Position numbers and translations under genes: made by a program
NCBI RefSeq assembly: GCF_004010195.1
Contig: NC_057718.1
Span: 103,729,963 to 103,793,962 of the forward strand
DNA length: 64,000 bases
Reading direction: 5' to 3'
Source of the DNA: Chiloscyllium plagiosum
Taxonomy: Eukaryota
Notes under the pieces: generated by a model
What the model saw: only the letters and a program-made list of their open reading frames with translations
What the model was told of the DNA's origin: nothing
Databases searched by the model: none
Shown here: one piece after another, positions 62,721 through 64,000 of the stretch
Position numbering within the stretch: position 1 is the first letter of the stretch
How the letters are laid out: each line of letters opens with the position of its first letter

Positions 62721-62990
62721 AATTGAATGGGGGTAGCAGTCCCTCTCTCAGTGTTATAAACGTGGCTTGCGATACGTCAGTCTAAAAAAAAACAAATGCA
62801 GCTTCATACATTTGAGTTCTTTATATTCCCTACCACTCCCAGTAATCTTAAATATCATTCCAAACTTTTCCCTGATGTTGACAGTCCTGAACGTACTGTA
62901 TCATCGTTGGTGTGTGTGTGTGTGTCTCTGCTTGTTACTAGTCTGATCCTCACTTCCTCGGCAGCAGTCTCTGTCTGGTTTGTCCATTAG

Positions 62991-63053
62991 CAAGAAGCCT
63001 GCTGTCTGAAAGTAACGGCCTGAAAGAGGATCCATCCAGCAAACACAAAACAG
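62991..63053 (+). CDS. Candidate 63-nt symmetric exon (xRSLLSESNGLKEDPSSKHKT), unidentified
   Basis: Acceptor ctctgtctggtttgtccattAG, donor CAG/GTTAGT, length divisible by 3, only the phase-1 frame open. Confidence 0.25.
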
Positions 63054-63654
63054 GTTAGTTGCACCTGACTTCAAGATGACACCGGGCAATTTGATCAAGA
63101 ATTTACTTGCTGTGAACTAGTACACCAAATCTAAAGGCCAGGTTCCTCAGAAGAGTTGAGTAATAAGCTCACTACTTAATACATGCAAAACAAAATTACC
63201 AGGAAAGTATGAAGGCCCCAAGGCAAAGGAGGAATTCATCTGGGTATTATATTGCAGGATGACTTTACATAGAGTATAGAAGGCAACATGCACTTACCTG
63301 GAGCTGCACCTAACCTGCTATAACCCGAAAAACAGTAGATTTGGAAAATGAGATTAGAACTGGTGGCTAGTCTATCCAGCCATAATGGGCTGAATGGTCT
63401 TTTTCTAGAGCAGAGGTCACACAGCTTTCAAATAAAGCTGTTGGACTATAGCCTAGTGTCATGTGACTTCTGACCTTGTCCACTCCAGTCCAACACTGGC
63501 ACCCCCACTTCATACCTTTGTAGATATTTTCTAATCAACCCATTCATTAATGTTTTTACATGCTTCAGCAGCAAGTAGAGGAGAATGTGAATCTGGTCCT
63601 CCCAGCTCAGAGATAGGGACACTACCACTACACCACAAGAACTCCAAAAAGGTT

Positions 63655-63945
63655 CTAATGTACAGCATAGTTAAAATCACTTGTCCCATGTTCCAGTCCT
63701 CCTACTGTTCATTCTATCGACCTATCCTTCTCGTCCTCTCCCCCTCGAGCTTTTATGCAGCTGCCCCTTCCAAGTGTCTCTATTATTCATGTCAACCACT
63801 CCATGTAGCATTGAGTCCCACACTCTCTGGGTGAAGAGGCTTCTTTATTGGCTCTGGGTGAACAGCCTCATGTTTTGTTCTTTCCCATGAGTGGAAACAT
63901 TCGGTCTCTGCAGATCTGTTTTGTCAAAGCCTCCTCATTTTTAAA
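63655..63945 (-). mobile_element. Old CR1 3' fragment
   Basis: 'ccacactctctgggtgaagagg' and related antisense motifs. Confidence 0.55.
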
Positions 63946-64000
63946 AATTTTTGTTTTGCCCGATTACTTTTTTTTCATACCCCTACATTACTGCCATACA

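Overview
Repeat-dense, gene-poor vertebrate genomic DNA. The HE1-type V-SINEs, HER1/CR1-type LINEs and Deu-domain SINEs point to a cartilaginous fish, probably a carpet or bamboo shark; this is inferred from repeat content only. The window looks like a large intron or gene desert. No host gene could be identified with confidence, and only a few weak exon candidates were found. Nearly all ORFs in the track are decayed CR1 reverse-transcriptase pieces, SINE antisense frames or noise. The most structured signal is a large set of Penelope-like element (PLE) insertions. These include an RT fragment, two GIY-YIG endonuclease fragments and many short terminal-repeat copies with 6-17 bp target-site duplications (TSDs). 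Their terminal repeats fall into four sequence families, each with a minimal hammerhead-ribozyme core (CUGANGA-stem II-GAAA-palindrome-UH), and the short stem I co-varies between families. Other notable items are a perfect 160-bp x 5.7 tandem array replacing the middle of one PLE (possible assembly artefact or rolling-circle capture), a ~335-bp long-armed palindrome at 24 kb, several nested insertions, homeodomain-site-rich unique segments, and one N gap (37296-37660). TSD, ribozyme and splice-site coordinates were read base by base; boundaries of old repeats are approximate.
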